DNA of 64,000 bases from Odoribacteraceae bacterium (lineage in GTDB: Bacteria; Bacteroidota; Bacteroidia; Bacteroidales; Marinifilaceae): the NCBI GenBank assembly GCA_031276355.1, contig JAISNC010000061.1:17285-81284 (forward strand), written 5' to 3'. This document shows, piece after piece, positions 48,754 to 58,400 of the stretch (position 1 is its first letter; every line of letters starts with the position of its first letter). The position numbers were made by a program, and so were the translations under genes. A model generated the notes under the pieces. It was not told the origin of the DNA. It saw only the letters and a list, made by a program, of their open reading frames with translations, and made no database searches.

Positions 48754-50205
48754 ATGAAATACTATATACTATTTTTCATCGCGCTCGCGCTCCCGTTCGC
48801 TTCACAAGCACAAAGTCCCTACAAAGGAGAGTTCGTGTTCAAGCACGTGCATTCGAAAAAAATAAAAGATAAAGTCACCCTCGATTTCACGATCGATCTC
48901 AAGAAGGTGAAGATGGACCCGCAGATGATGCTCACGTTGACCCCCGTGATTCGCTCTTACGACAACACGAACACCCACGTGTTCGACCCCATCATCATCT
49001 CGGGGGGAAAGCGCGACAAAGCCTTGAGTCGTGCGCTCGCCTTCGGCGCTATTCACTTCGACATCGAACCCCAGGCACGCATACGGCATCGTAACGGTCA
49101 TCCCGGAGAGGTCGTCGTGCAATTAGAACTCCCTTACTCTTCTTGGCTTCGCCGGTCGAAACTCATTATAAACGAGGTCTCCACGGGTTGTAGGGCGTGC
49201 GAGATCGGACAGCGGGAACTTGAGGTGGCCGCCCAAACGCTCTCCTCCGTGTACACGCCCAGCTACCAGGTGTCGTTCATTTACCCACCCGTCGAGTCGC
49301 CCAAGAAACGAAGTGATATCCACGTGGCCCGCCTCGACTTCGCGGCAGGGAAGTCCGACGTGTCGGTCAATTTCAATAATAACGCCGCCATGCTGGAAAA
49401 AGTGGATAACTTCTTCGCGGAGATATTCTCCGACCCGAACCTCTCCATCAGCACATGTAACGTGGTCGGTTACGCCTCCCCCGACGGCGATTACGATAGT
49501 AACATGCTTCTCTCGGAGGCGCGTGTCGATTCTTTCGTGAACTACCTTAAGAACCAATATAAGATCCCCGCGAAAAAAATCCAGGTCCGTTGGCACGGAG
49601 AAGATTGGGAGGGCGTGTTAAAACTCATCGAGCCACTCTCTTTCCAAGACAAGAGCGAGGTGGAGAAGATCATCCGCACCGAGACGAACATCACGCGACG
49701 CAAGGCCCGCTTGAAAGCCCTGTCGGGAGGTACCACCTATCGCTTCCTGCTGGATGAGGTGTTCCCCGCCTTGCGCCGGAGCGAGTATACCATCAATTAC
49801 ATCGTCCGCCCGTTCGATGTCGCGAAGGCAAAGTCGGTGATCTATCAAAAACCTTGCCATTTGAATCTTAACGAGTTCTATCTCGTGGCCCACACCTACG
49901 AGAAGGGCAGTCCCGAATTTAACGAGACCTTCCAAATAGCCGTGGAATCCTTCCCGGAAGATCCGATCGCCCGGATCAACGCGTCGGCCGCCAGCATCCT
50001 CGATGAGCAGTATGACGTGGCCATTACACGCCTGCTCTCCATAAACCAAGGTGAGGCGTGGAATAACCTGGGCATCGCCTACTCGAACGTGAAGAATTAC
50101 GATGAAGCACTCTATTATTTCGAACGCGCGGTCAAGGCCGGGAACAAGGAAGCCGTTGATAACCTGAAAGAGTTACAGATGTTGTTGGAAGATTACTTGT
50201 ACTGA
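48754..50205 (+). CDS. DUF3868-like N-terminal domain plus OmpA-like domain protein with a C-terminal TPR-like end
   Basis: 483 aa. Signal peptide. OmpA-like VVGYASPDGDYDSNMLLSEARVDSFVNYL. C-terminal AWNNLGIAYSNVKNYDEALYYFERAVKAGNKEA. Usual partner of DUF3575 in Bacteroidales fimbrial loci. Confidence 0.78.
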   Translation: MKYYILFFIALALPFASQAQSPYKGEFVFKHVHSKKIKDKVTLDFTIDLKKVKMDPQMMLTLTPVIRSYDNTNTHVFDPIIISGGKRDKALSRALAFGAIHFDIEPQARIRHRNGHPGEVVVQLELPYSSWLRRSKLIINEVSTGCRACEIGQRELEVAAQTLSSVYTPSYQVSFIYPPVESPKKRSDIHVARLDFAAGKSDVSVNFNNNAAMLEKVDNFFAEIFSDPNLSISTCNVVGYASPDGDYDSNMLLSEARVDSFVNYLKNQYKIPAKKIQVRWHGEDWEGVLKLIEPLSFQDKSEVEKIIRTETNITRRKARLKALSGGTTYRFLLDEVFPALRRSEYTINYIVRPFDVAKAKSVIYQKPCHLNLNEFYLVAHTYEKGSPEFNETFQIAVESFPEDPIARINASAASILDEQYDVAITRLLSINQGEAWNNLGIAYSNVKNYDEALYYFERAVKAGNKEAVDNLKELQMLLEDYLY

Positions 50206-50237
50206 TCGTATCAAGAGAACGCTCTTGATCGCCGTCG

Positions 50238-50279
50238 GGCGTGACTTGAAACTCACCTGTTTCGAGTCACGCCTTTTTT
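50238..50279 (+). terminator. intrinsic terminator after the DUF3868 gene
   Basis: GGCGTGACT-18 nt-AGTCACGCC followed by TTTTTT. Confidence 0.7.
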
Positions 50280-50445
50280 ATGTCGCGTGCGTTGAAGAAT
50301 ACGAAACAGGCGTGGCCCGTTACCCAAGGCGCTTTGTGGCCTGACCACGAGCGGGGAGTGCCTCGCGGGAGTACCCCGTGACCCGTGCGCGCGGCTTTCC
50401 CATGACGGCAAAAAAAGATTCAAATTTCACTCTTTCGTGCGCTCG

Positions 50446-51555
50446 TCAACGCGATTTCCGGTAGCTCCAGACGGCCCACGCGTTCATGATCACGGCGAAG
50501 CTACTCAACGCCAGCAGTGGCCTCGTCATATCCCCCACGCCACTCCCCTTCAGGTAGACGCCCCGCACCACCTCCACGAAATAGTTCAACGGGTTAAAAG
50601 CCGCGATCGCCCGTGCCCATCCCGGCATGCTTTTGATCGGCGAGAAAAAACCGCTCATCAGGACAAAGATCATGATGAAAAAAAACATAACGAACATCGC
50701 CTGCTGCATGGTAGCCGAGTGGTTCGACACGATCAACCCGAAACCGGCTATGCCAAAGACAAACAAGAGGGCAAAAAGATAGATCGTCCCGAACCTGCCC
50801 ACGGGCACGATGTCATAGAAAAGCCAGGCCAAAAGGAAACTGTACGTGAGCACCGCGAAACCAACGAGCCAGTAAGGGATCAGTTTGCCGGCAATAAAGG
50901 TAAACTTGCCAACCGGCGTAACGTTGATCTGCTCTATCGTACCACTCTCCTTTTCGCCCACGATGTTGAGCGCCGGAAGAAAGCCGCAGAGCAGCATCAT
51001 CAACATGACCATCAAGGCCGGCACCATGAAGGGCTTGTACGCCAGGCGAGCGTTGAAGCGATGGAGTGTCGCGACCTCTACCGCGGGCGCGGGGGACACG
51101 GGAGAGGAGGCCGCCCGGAGCGCCACCGAGAACTCCTTCAGGATCGCGGAGAGGTATACTGCCGCCAACTCCCCTTTCGTGCCGTTGACACTGTTAGGGG
51201 CAATAAACACCCGGGTGCCCTCTCCCCGTTCCAACGCCTCGCCGAAACGGGGCGGAATGTCAAGTAGCACATCCGTCGCGCCCGATGTTACACCCTCCAA
51301 CGCGCGCGGGAAACTCTCCGGGAAGGCCACCAGCCGGAAGTAACCGGAGGCCTCTAACGCGTGCGTCAGGCGGTTCGATAGCGGGGAGTGGTCACGGTCG
51401 ATCACGCCAAGGTGTATCTCCTTCACCTCGAGGTTGGCTGCCCACGGGAGCAGGCACATCATCAGCGTGGGGAAGAGCACGATGAGCTTGGGAAGAAAAG
51501 AGTGGCGTGCCATTTGCTTGAACTCTTTTTCCAACAGGAATCGAAGGGTCTTCAT
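50446..51555 (-). CDS. ABC-2 type transporter permease (YbhR/YbhS-like)
   Basis: 369 aa. N-terminal TM helix, large extracytoplasmic loop, then 5 C-terminal TM helices. 4-nt overlap with the upstream paralog. Confidence 0.88.
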   Translation of the reverse strand: MKTLRFLLEKEFKQMARHSFLPKLIVLFPTLMMCLLPWAANLEVKEIHLGVIDRDHSPLSNRLTHALEASGYFRLVAFPESFPRALEGVTSGATDVLLDIPPRFGEALERGEGTRVFIAPNSVNGTKGELAAVYLSAILKEFSVALRAASSPVSPAPAVEVATLHRFNARLAYKPFMVPALMVMLMMLLCGFLPALNIVGEKESGTIEQINVTPVGKFTFIAGKLIPYWLVGFAVLTYSFLLAWLFYDIVPVGRFGTIYLFALLFVFGIAGFGLIVSNHSATMQQAMFVMFFFIMIFVLMSGFFSPIKSMPGWARAIAAFNPLNYFVEVVRGVYLKGSGVGDMTRPLLALSSFAVIMNAWAVWSYRKSR

Positions 51556-52685
51556 GCTATTCTATCGTTAAATTTCTTCCAACTTACCAGGAGGAGCAGT
51601 ATGCCCATGCCCACCAGCACGAGGATCTCGCGGAGGATATAGAGCACCGGTGCTCCCTCGATCATGATCTTCTTCATCGCCGCGATATACCACTTCGCCG
51701 GGATCAGGTGCGATGTCCAGCGCAGGAGGATCGGCATGTTCTCCACCGGAAAGAGCAGCCCGGAGAGGAGCACCACGGGCATCATCAGCACCATCCCCGA
51801 GATCAGCATCGCCGCCACTTGGCTCCGCACGATACTGGAGACAAAGATTCCGATCGACAGCGACACCAGCACGAAGAGCAACGACACGAGCACTAACCAG
51901 AAGAGGCTTCCCACCACCGGCACGTCAAGAACGTAGACGGAGAGGAGGAGAATCGTCGCGATATTGATACCCGATAATATAAGGTAGGGGACGATCTTCG
52001 CGGCAATGATCACGAAGGGGCGCACGGGAGAGACAAGGAGTAACTCCAACGTCCCGCTCTCCTTCTCGCGCACGATGGAGATGGAGGTCATCATCGCGCA
52101 TATCAGCATCAGGACAAGCCCCATCACGCCTGGCACAAAGTTGTAGGCCGCTCTCATCGCGGGATTATAGAGCAACCGCATCTCGGGCAGGAGACGGGCA
52201 GGAGACTCCTCCGGCGTACCCGCGAGTTCCCCGGCGGCGGCGGTGATGATATTGGTGGCATAACCGGTAAAGAGCGCGGCCGTATTCGGGTCGCTCGCAT
52301 CGGCAATCAACTGCACGGGCACCGTGCCGTCCCGCGTTATGCGCCCGGGCGAGGAGGGAGCGAAAACAAGCGCCATCTCGATCTCCCCGCGGCGCAACGA
52401 TCGCTCGACCGCGGCAGGGGAGGAAAAGAGACCGGCAAACGTGAAGTAGTCATTCGCGAGCAAACGGTCGGTGATATGGCGCGTGGCCACATCGGGCGTG
52501 GGATCCAGGATGCCCACGCGCACGTCCCGCACTTCGGTCGTGATCGCGAATCCGAAGAGGACAATCTGTATAACCGGTATCCCCAGCAGTATCAGGAGTG
52601 TCCGCCGGTCGCGGAGGATGTGCCGGATCTCTTTATGCGTGAAAGCCCCGAAAAGGGACGCGCCGGATGTAGTTTTCTCGTTCAT
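51552..52685 (-). CDS. ABC-2 type transporter permease (YbhS/YbhR-like)
   Basis: 377 aa. Same architecture as, and a paralog of, the downstream permease. Confidence 0.88.
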   Translation of the reverse strand: MNEKTTSGASLFGAFTHKEIRHILRDRRTLLILLGIPVIQIVLFGFAITTEVRDVRVGILDPTPDVATRHITDRLLANDYFTFAGLFSSPAAVERSLRRGEIEMALVFAPSSPGRITRDGTVPVQLIADASDPNTAALFTGYATNIITAAAGELAGTPEESPARLLPEMRLLYNPAMRAAYNFVPGVMGLVLMLICAMMTSISIVREKESGTLELLLVSPVRPFVIIAAKIVPYLILSGINIATILLLSVYVLDVPVVGSLFWLVLVSLLFVLVSLSIGIFVSSIVRSQVAAMLISGMVLMMPVVLLSGLLFPVENMPILLRWTSHLIPAKWYIAAMKKIMIEGAPVLYILREILVLVGMGILLLLVSWKKFNDRIA

Positions 52686-52703
52686 CGTCGGTGTTTTTTA
52701 AGG

Positions 52704-53444
52704 TCAGCTTCTCGTCGTTCCCCGTGCCAAATGCCGAAATACCTCCTCCATGCTCGTCGCGCGGAAACGTTTTTTCAGTTGCTCGGGACTGTCCAGCACC
52801 TCGACGCGGCCGTCTACCATGATCGACACGCGGTCGCAGTACTCCGCCTCGTCCATGTAGTGGGTGGTAACGAAGACGGTGATCCCCCTGTCGGCCACCT
52901 GGTATATTAGCTCCCAGAACTGCCTGCGGGTGACGGGATCAACACCGCCGGTAGGTTCGTCTAAGAAGACAATCCGCGGCTCGTGAAAGACGGCCACCGA
53001 GAAGGCTAACTTTTGCTTCCAGCCCAGCGGCAGGGAGCGGACGAGCTTGTCACGCCCGTCTTCAAACTCGAGCTGTCGTAACAGGATGGCACTCTTGGCT
53101 TTGATCTCCGCGGGACGCATCCCGTAGATACCGGCATAGAGGCGGATGTTCTCCCACACCTTCAGATCCTCGTAGAGGGAAAATTTCTGGCTCATGTAAC
53201 CGATGTGTCGCTTTACGTGATCGGGATGGGTGGCGACATCGTGGCCGGCGACGATGGCCTTGCCGGAGGTGGGTTTACTCAGCCCACACAAGATGCGCAT
53301 GGCCGTCGTCTTTCCCGCCCCGTTCGCTCCCAAGAAACCAAAGATCTCTCCCCTCCGTACCTCGAAGGTGACGCGATCGACCGCCGTGAACGTGCCGAAA
53401 CGCTTGGTCAGTAGTTCTGTCGTGATCACGTTCATGTCATTCAT
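52704..53444 (-). CDS. ABC transporter ATP-binding protein
   Basis: 246 aa. Walker A GANGAGKTT, signature LPLGWKQKLAFS, Walker B IVFLDEPTGGVD. Confidence 0.93.
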   Translation of the reverse strand: MNDMNVITTELLTKRFGTFTAVDRVTFEVRRGEIFGFLGANGAGKTTAMRILCGLSKPTSGKAIVAGHDVATHPDHVKRHIGYMSQKFSLYEDLKVWENIRLYAGIYGMRPAEIKAKSAILLRQLEFEDGRDKLVRSLPLGWKQKLAFSVAVFHEPRIVFLDEPTGGVDPVTRRQFWELIYQVADRGITVFVTTHYMDEAEYCDRVSIMVDGRVEVLDSPEQLKKRFRATSMEEVFRHLARGTTRS

Positions 53445-54363
53445 CTTTTACGTCCGGCCGACCCGCGATGCGAATGAAACAGTCCTCTATGCCCGGTGCG
53501 ATCTCCTGGATCTCGACCTCCCGGTGTCCCTGCGCCTCCATCTCCTCGCGGAGATGCCTCGTTGTCGCCCCCGGACACGGGGTAACGTGATGTCGATCGC
53601 CAAACGCGAAGCACGTTTCTACTGCCGGGTGGGCCCGCAAGTCCACTAATAACCGCGACATGCGGTCGCCTCGCACTGCCCAGACCGTCCGGCCGTGACG
53701 CGCGACGATCGCCGACGGGCTGGCTACCTCTAAGAAACGCCCCTCTTGCATCAGCGCGATCCGATCGCACAAGCGGGCCTCGTTCATGTATGGGGTAGAG
53801 ACCAGCGTGGTGATGCCTTGACGCTTCAAGTGGCCGAGTATCTCCCACAACTCCTCCCTGGAGACAGGGTCAACCCCGGTAGTAGGTTCATCAAGAAACA
53901 GTATCGACGGTTTGTGAATCAACGCGCAACTCAACGCCAGCTTCTGTTTCATGCCTCCCGACAAGGCCGCCGCGCGCCGGTTCTTAAAGGGGGCTATCTG
54001 CCCGTAGATCCCCTGCACAAGGGCGTAATTTTCTTCTACCGTGGTATGAAAGAGGGTAGCGAACAACTTCAGGTTCTCCTCTACCGTCAGGTCGAGGTAG
54101 AGCGAGAAACGCTCCGGCATATAGCCCACGCGGGAACGTATCTTCCGGTACTCTTGCGCTACGTCCAACCCGTCCACGCTTGCCCGGCCGCCATCAGCCG
54201 ACATCAAGGTGGTCAGTATCCGGAAAAGCGTACTCTTTCCCGCCCCGTCCGGGCCTATCAAGCCGAAGATCTCGCCGCGTTCCACGGAGGCGCTGACCCC
54301 TCGCAAGGCCTCAACCGACCCGTACCGCTTGGTGATCCCGTCGATCTCTATCGCTGCCATCAC
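53437..54363 (-). CDS. ABC transporter ATP-binding protein
   Basis: 308 aa. Walker A GPDGAGKST, signature LSGGMKQKLAL, Walker B ILFLDEPTTGVD. 8-nt overlap with the next ATPase gene. Confidence 0.93.
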   Translation of the reverse strand: MMAAIEIDGITKRYGSVEALRGVSASVERGEIFGLIGPDGAGKSTLFRILTTLMSADGGRASVDGLDVAQEYRKIRSRVGYMPERFSLYLDLTVEENLKLFATLFHTTVEENYALVQGIYGQIAPFKNRRAAALSGGMKQKLALSCALIHKPSILFLDEPTTGVDPVSREELWEILGHLKRQGITTLVSTPYMNEARLCDRIALMQEGRFLEVASPSAIVARHGRTVWAVRGDRMSRLLVDLRAHPAVETCFAFGDRHHVTPCPGATTRHLREEMEAQGHREVEIQEIAPGIEDCFIRIAGRPDVKDE

Positions 54364-55271
54364 TCTTCAAACTGAATCTCGCCGTACATGCCGATCTTTA
54401 ACCAACCGTCGTTGCGCGTCGCTATTTTGATCGCGTACACTTGGTTAGCGCGTTCGTCTCGCGTCTGAACGCTCTTCGGCGTGAACTCGGCCTTGTCGGA
54501 GATCCATACTACCCGACCGGTATACGCCCGACGATCATCGTCGTCCAGTTCGGTAAAGAGTTTTACTGACTCTCCCAGTTGCACGCGGGAGAGCTGAGAG
54601 GAGGTGACGTATGCCCGCAGGAACATGTTGTCCGTGTCGCCGACCTTGAATAGCGCCTTGCCCGCGAGGGTCACTTCGCCCGCTTCCGCGTATTTCGCCA
54701 GCACCGTGCCGTGGATGGGCGAGACGATACGGCACCTTGCCAAGCGATCGTCCACCCGCGCGATCTCGATCTCAAGCGCGGCAAGTTCAGCCGCCACACC
54801 CCGGTTGTGCTCTTCCAGCGTGGCGGTCTGCGCGATCAATTGTCGCTCGAGCACGGCGATCTGGGCATCAAGATCATCCACTTGTTTGCGGTTGGCGGCG
54901 TTCATCTGCACCAGGTTGTCGAATCGTCGTCGTTCCCCTTGGGCCGCGGCTATCTGCGCGTGTATCGCGGCTACCTGCTTGGGAATGTCGGCCTGCCGGC
55001 TCTTCAGCACTTCCCTCTTCCTCTTCAATAGTTCCCGTTCCAGCGCCAACGGCACCGTGTCTATCGTTCCCACCGGCACACCGGCCTGCAGGAGTTGCCC
55101 CTCCTGTATGGCCAAGGCATGTATCTTCCCGCTGATCTCGGAAGAGATGGTCACCTCCGTTGCCTCGAAGGTGCCCATGGCATCGTACCCCGCCTGCCTC
55201 CCCCCGCAAGCGGCACCTATTCCTGATAATAGCACGCCGGTAATGGCTTGCACAACAGCAATCGTTCTCAT
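54360..55271 (-). CDS. HlyD-family periplasmic adaptor (YbhG-like)
   Basis: 303 aa. Coiled-coil centre (...AIHAQIAAAQGERRRFDNLVQMNAANRKQVDDLDAQIAVLERQL...) flanked by beta/lipoyl-like segments. Confidence 0.87.
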   Translation of the reverse strand: MRTIAVVQAITGVLLSGIGAACGGRQAGYDAMGTFEATEVTISSEISGKIHALAIQEGQLLQAGVPVGTIDTVPLALERELLKRKREVLKSRQADIPKQVAAIHAQIAAAQGERRRFDNLVQMNAANRKQVDDLDAQIAVLERQLIAQTATLEEHNRGVAAELAALEIEIARVDDRLARCRIVSPIHGTVLAKYAEAGEVTLAGKALFKVGDTDNMFLRAYVTSSQLSRVQLGESVKLFTELDDDDRRAYTGRVVWISDKAEFTPKSVQTRDERANQVYAIKIATRNDGWLKIGMYGEIQFEE

Positions 55272-55290
55272 GATTATTGATTTACGGTTT

Positions 55291-56532
55291 TTATTCGCCT
55301 TTTATCTGTTTTAACGTATAGGTGGAGAGCAACCACTGCATCTCGTGCCATGCCCGGGCCTGACGGGCCTGATCCAGCCGGGTTACCTCGCGCATCCACT
55401 CCAGCACGCTCATCGCGCCTTCCCGCGTCCGCCCGGCGGCGCTCTCCGCGATATGCTCCTGAAGGGCCACGATCTCGTCATCCTGGAAGAGCAATGCCCG
55501 CCATTTCTCTACCTCCTCCTCCCCGCGCTTCGACTCCATGGCGAGATTCAATAGAAAGGTCTCGCGCTGCACATCTACCATCTCCTGTTGCAGGGATACT
55601 TGTCGCCGCTCCTCCCGGATCGTATACAAGTTACTGATGTTCCAAGAGAAACGGATTCCCCCGGCATAATATCCCGTGAACTCGTTTTTCAGCATGTTAA
55701 GCCCCGGGTTACCGTAACCGCCCTGCATGAATAGGCTGACGCGCGGTCGGATCCCGGCTTGTAACAAGCCGAGGTGCACCGCCTGATGCTCCCGACGCGC
55801 CCGGAATAGTGCAAGTTCCGGGCGAGTAGCTTCCGAAACGCGCGCGTCTGCCGTCGGCTTTGCCAATGCATCGATCTCCTCGCCGATCAACACTCCCAGC
55901 ATCACCCGATAGGCATTGTGGGTAGTGCGAATCTCTATCGCCTGTTGCTCCACGTGTACCTGCTCCACGCGTACGGCATCCAGGTCCGAGGCATGAGCAA
56001 GCCCTTGCGCCACGCGGGCGGCCAGTTGCTCTCGTACACCTCGCAACTCCTCCTGCATCAATGCATTCATTTTTAATTGTTCCTCCGCCAGCAATACGCC
56101 GAAAAAGAGCTGGTTGACCCGCTCCCGGAGGGCATAGTGTTCGACCTCCGCCTGGTGTCGCCGCGTGGCAGCGTCCGTCGTCGCCATCCGCTTCCGGGCC
56201 GCGATGGCACCTCCATCCCAGAGTAACTGGTTCAACTCGACCACGGCTTGGTACTGCGCCCGATTCAACTCCTCGACCTCCACCCCCGGCAATTGCACCG
56301 GCAGGCGGGTCACCTCCGACTGGTAGGTAGCCCTCGCCGTGATGGAGAGTCGCGGGAGATAGCCCTTGTTCGCGTTGATCAAATCAAATTCCCGCGCCCG
56401 CTCGATTAAATCATACTGCCTCACCAACGGGTAGTTCGCCCGTGCCCGCTCCTGGCACTCCACCAACGAGAGCTGGGCAAACCCCCGTATCCCCGGCAGA
56501 AAAAACAACACGAAAAAAATAACACCTCTCAT
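55291..56532 (-). CDS. TolC-family outer-membrane efflux protein
   Basis: 413 aa. Signal peptide. Two repeated coiled-coil/beta halves. N-terminal LSLVECQERARANYPLVRQYDL is typical of TolC-like proteins. Confidence 0.87.
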   Translation of the reverse strand: MRGVIFFVLFFLPGIRGFAQLSLVECQERARANYPLVRQYDLIERAREFDLINANKGYLPRLSITARATYQSEVTRLPVQLPGVEVEELNRAQYQAVVELNQLLWDGGAIAARKRMATTDAATRRHQAEVEHYALRERVNQLFFGVLLAEEQLKMNALMQEELRGVREQLAARVAQGLAHASDLDAVRVEQVHVEQQAIEIRTTHNAYRVMLGVLIGEEIDALAKPTADARVSEATRPELALFRARREHQAVHLGLLQAGIRPRVSLFMQGGYGNPGLNMLKNEFTGYYAGGIRFSWNISNLYTIREERRQVSLQQEMVDVQRETFLLNLAMESKRGEEEVEKWRALLFQDDEIVALQEHIAESAAGRTREGAMSVLEWMREVTRLDQARQARAWHEMQWLLSTYTLKQIKGE

Positions 56533-56544
56533 ATCGTTTACTAT

Positions 56545-57173
56545 TTACGGTTTACCCTTCGTTAACTGAGATAATATCTGCTTGACAATCTGTTCCTTTC
56601 TAAGTTGTAAGAAGCGATCGCGCTCTTCCGCCTTCAACTCCAGCAGGAGCATGGCTACCGCAGAGAGAGAATGGCAAAAGCATTCATCGACACCATGTTT
56701 AACATCACGTCTAACGCCGATACCGGGGCAATCGTCCCGCCCGCTACTTCCGCGTCAAGGATGTTCTGTAAATTCGCTATCGCCCGTTTGAAGAGAGGTA
56801 CCAACACCTCCCGGCAGGTCTCCTCACACGCGGGATTGTTCACGATCTCCCGCAAGATAAAGAGCGGTAACCGGGGATTCGCCGCCAAGAAATCGAAGTG
56901 AGAGGAGACCCCCCGCTCTATCTTCTCAAAGAAAGGACGATCTTGCTCGCAAATCGCCAGGAAGGAGTCGGCCATTAATTGAATCTTCTTCCGGAATACT
57001 TGATTGAACAGGTTTGCCTTGGTGCGAAAATAGTAATGCAACATCGCGTGTGTCACTCCCGCCCGACGAGCGATGGCGGTGGTCTTCGCGGCAGCAAACC
57101 CCTTCTCCATGAACTCCTCTTCCGCTGCGGCCATAATTGCCTGTTCTGTTGTTATATGTGTATTAACATTCAT
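56545..57173 (-). pseudogene. TetR/AcrR-family regulator, apparently frameshifted at a CT dinucleotide tract
   Basis: HTH AIMAAAEEEFMEKGFAAAKTTAIARRAGVTHAMLHYYF. The frame stops at 56655 (..NAFAILSLR*), but a shifted frame continues AVAMLLLELKAEERDRFLQLRKEQIVKQILSQLTKGKP* to 56545. The span is 629 nt, which is not a multiple of 3. Confidence 0.6.
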
Positions 57174-57384
57174 ATTTAACAATCTTGTTAGTCCCGGCAA
57201 ATATACAGCCTTATCCCGGTTATCCAAAATACTTTCTCAACCGCTTCGTTTTTTAACTTTTTTTATACCACTCTCTATGCATCGACAGGCTCCATCGTGT
57301 AAAATATACGATACTTTTACGACAAAATAATCCGGCGGGCAACTTTCCATTGAAAAAGCCCGCTTTGACATAGACATTCGACAC

Positions 57385-58128
57385 ATGGAACTAAACGAAC
57401 AGGAAAAAGAACGTTACACTCGCCACCTGCAGTTGAGCGAGATAGGCGTTGAAGGGCAAGAGAAGCTCAAGGAAGCCCGCGTATTAGTGGTGGGGGGAGG
57501 AGGTTTGGGATCACCTGTACTGCTGTATCTTACAGCGGCAGGGGTGGGGCACATCGGCCTCGTCGACGACGATCGGGTAGCAGCGTCTAATCTCCATCGC
57601 CAAGTGCTTTATGACACAGATTCCGTCGGCCTTTCCAAGGTGCAGGTCGCCACGCGTACACTCACGTCACTCAACCCGTTTTGTCGGATAACACCTCACG
57701 AGGGGCGGTTGACCGAGGAGAACGCTGATACCCTGGTAGGCTCGCACGATGTGGTCGTTGATGCCACCGATAATCTCACCGCGCGTTACCTGATGGACGA
57801 GGTCTGCAGTCGCCACCGGAGACCGTTGGTGCACGGCAGTGTCCGGGGGTGGCAGGGGCAAATCTCCGTGTTTCACTACCGGGGCGGCCCCTCTTATCGG
57901 GATCTTTTCCCGTATGATGAGAGTATTCACCGGTACAAGCAACCGCTGGGGCTGCCGGGGACGGTGCCGGGGGTGGTGGGCACGCTCCAGGCCAACGAGG
58001 TCATCAAGATCATCTTGGGACGGCAAGAGGTGCTCTCCGGTAAATTGCTCATGCTTGACCTGCTCGTCCCCCGCTTCACGATCATCGCCCTGCGCAGGGG
58101 AGTCGCCAAGGAACCGGAAAGTACCTGA
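57385..58128 (+). CDS. ThiF/MoeB/HesA-family adenylyltransferase
   Basis: 247 aa. ERYTRHLQLSEIGVEGQEKLKEARVLVVGGGGLGSPVLLYLTAAGVGHIGLVDDDRVAASNLHRQVLY. Confidence 0.88.
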   Translation: MELNEQEKERYTRHLQLSEIGVEGQEKLKEARVLVVGGGGLGSPVLLYLTAAGVGHIGLVDDDRVAASNLHRQVLYDTDSVGLSKVQVATRTLTSLNPFCRITPHEGRLTEENADTLVGSHDVVVDATDNLTARYLMDEVCSRHRRPLVHGSVRGWQGQISVFHYRGGPSYRDLFPYDESIHRYKQPLGLPGTVPGVVGTLQANEVIKIILGRQEVLSGKLLMLDLLVPRFTIIALRRGVAKEPEST

Positions 58129-58280
58129 TACGAAGCGGTATACCGCGTGAATGTCCCATTTAGGAGCGAACGTGGTACACGTCGAGCACTTGCCAATGCG
58201 TCCTCGCCCCCGCGGAGATCCCTCCCGACCCGAGTGTTGGATCGGGGCTGTCTTAAAAGGGATTGCACCCGAGGGTTGCT

Positions 58281-58336
58281 CATAGTCGGTTTTCGTCATC
58301 GCGACCGCAAAGCACGCGCGGGAAGCAATCCAGAAT
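58281..58336. repeat. partial copy of the REP-like element (..AGTCGGTTTTCGTCATCGCGACCGC...GCGGGAAGCAATCCAGAA)
   Basis: Matches the 26551-26600 element by eye. A TTATCCAAAAC box follows at 58387-58397, next to the pgi stop. Confidence 0.6.
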
Positions 58337-58400
58337 AGTCATATTGCCCCCTCTTTTGCACGATAAGGGAATGAGGCACCGCGTTTATCCAAAACGCGGG

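Noticed and set aside
50437-51267. 276-aa plus-strand ORF
   Set aside because: It is antisense to the ABC-2 permease gene, and its H/R/E/K/G-rich translation has no TM helices or motifs.
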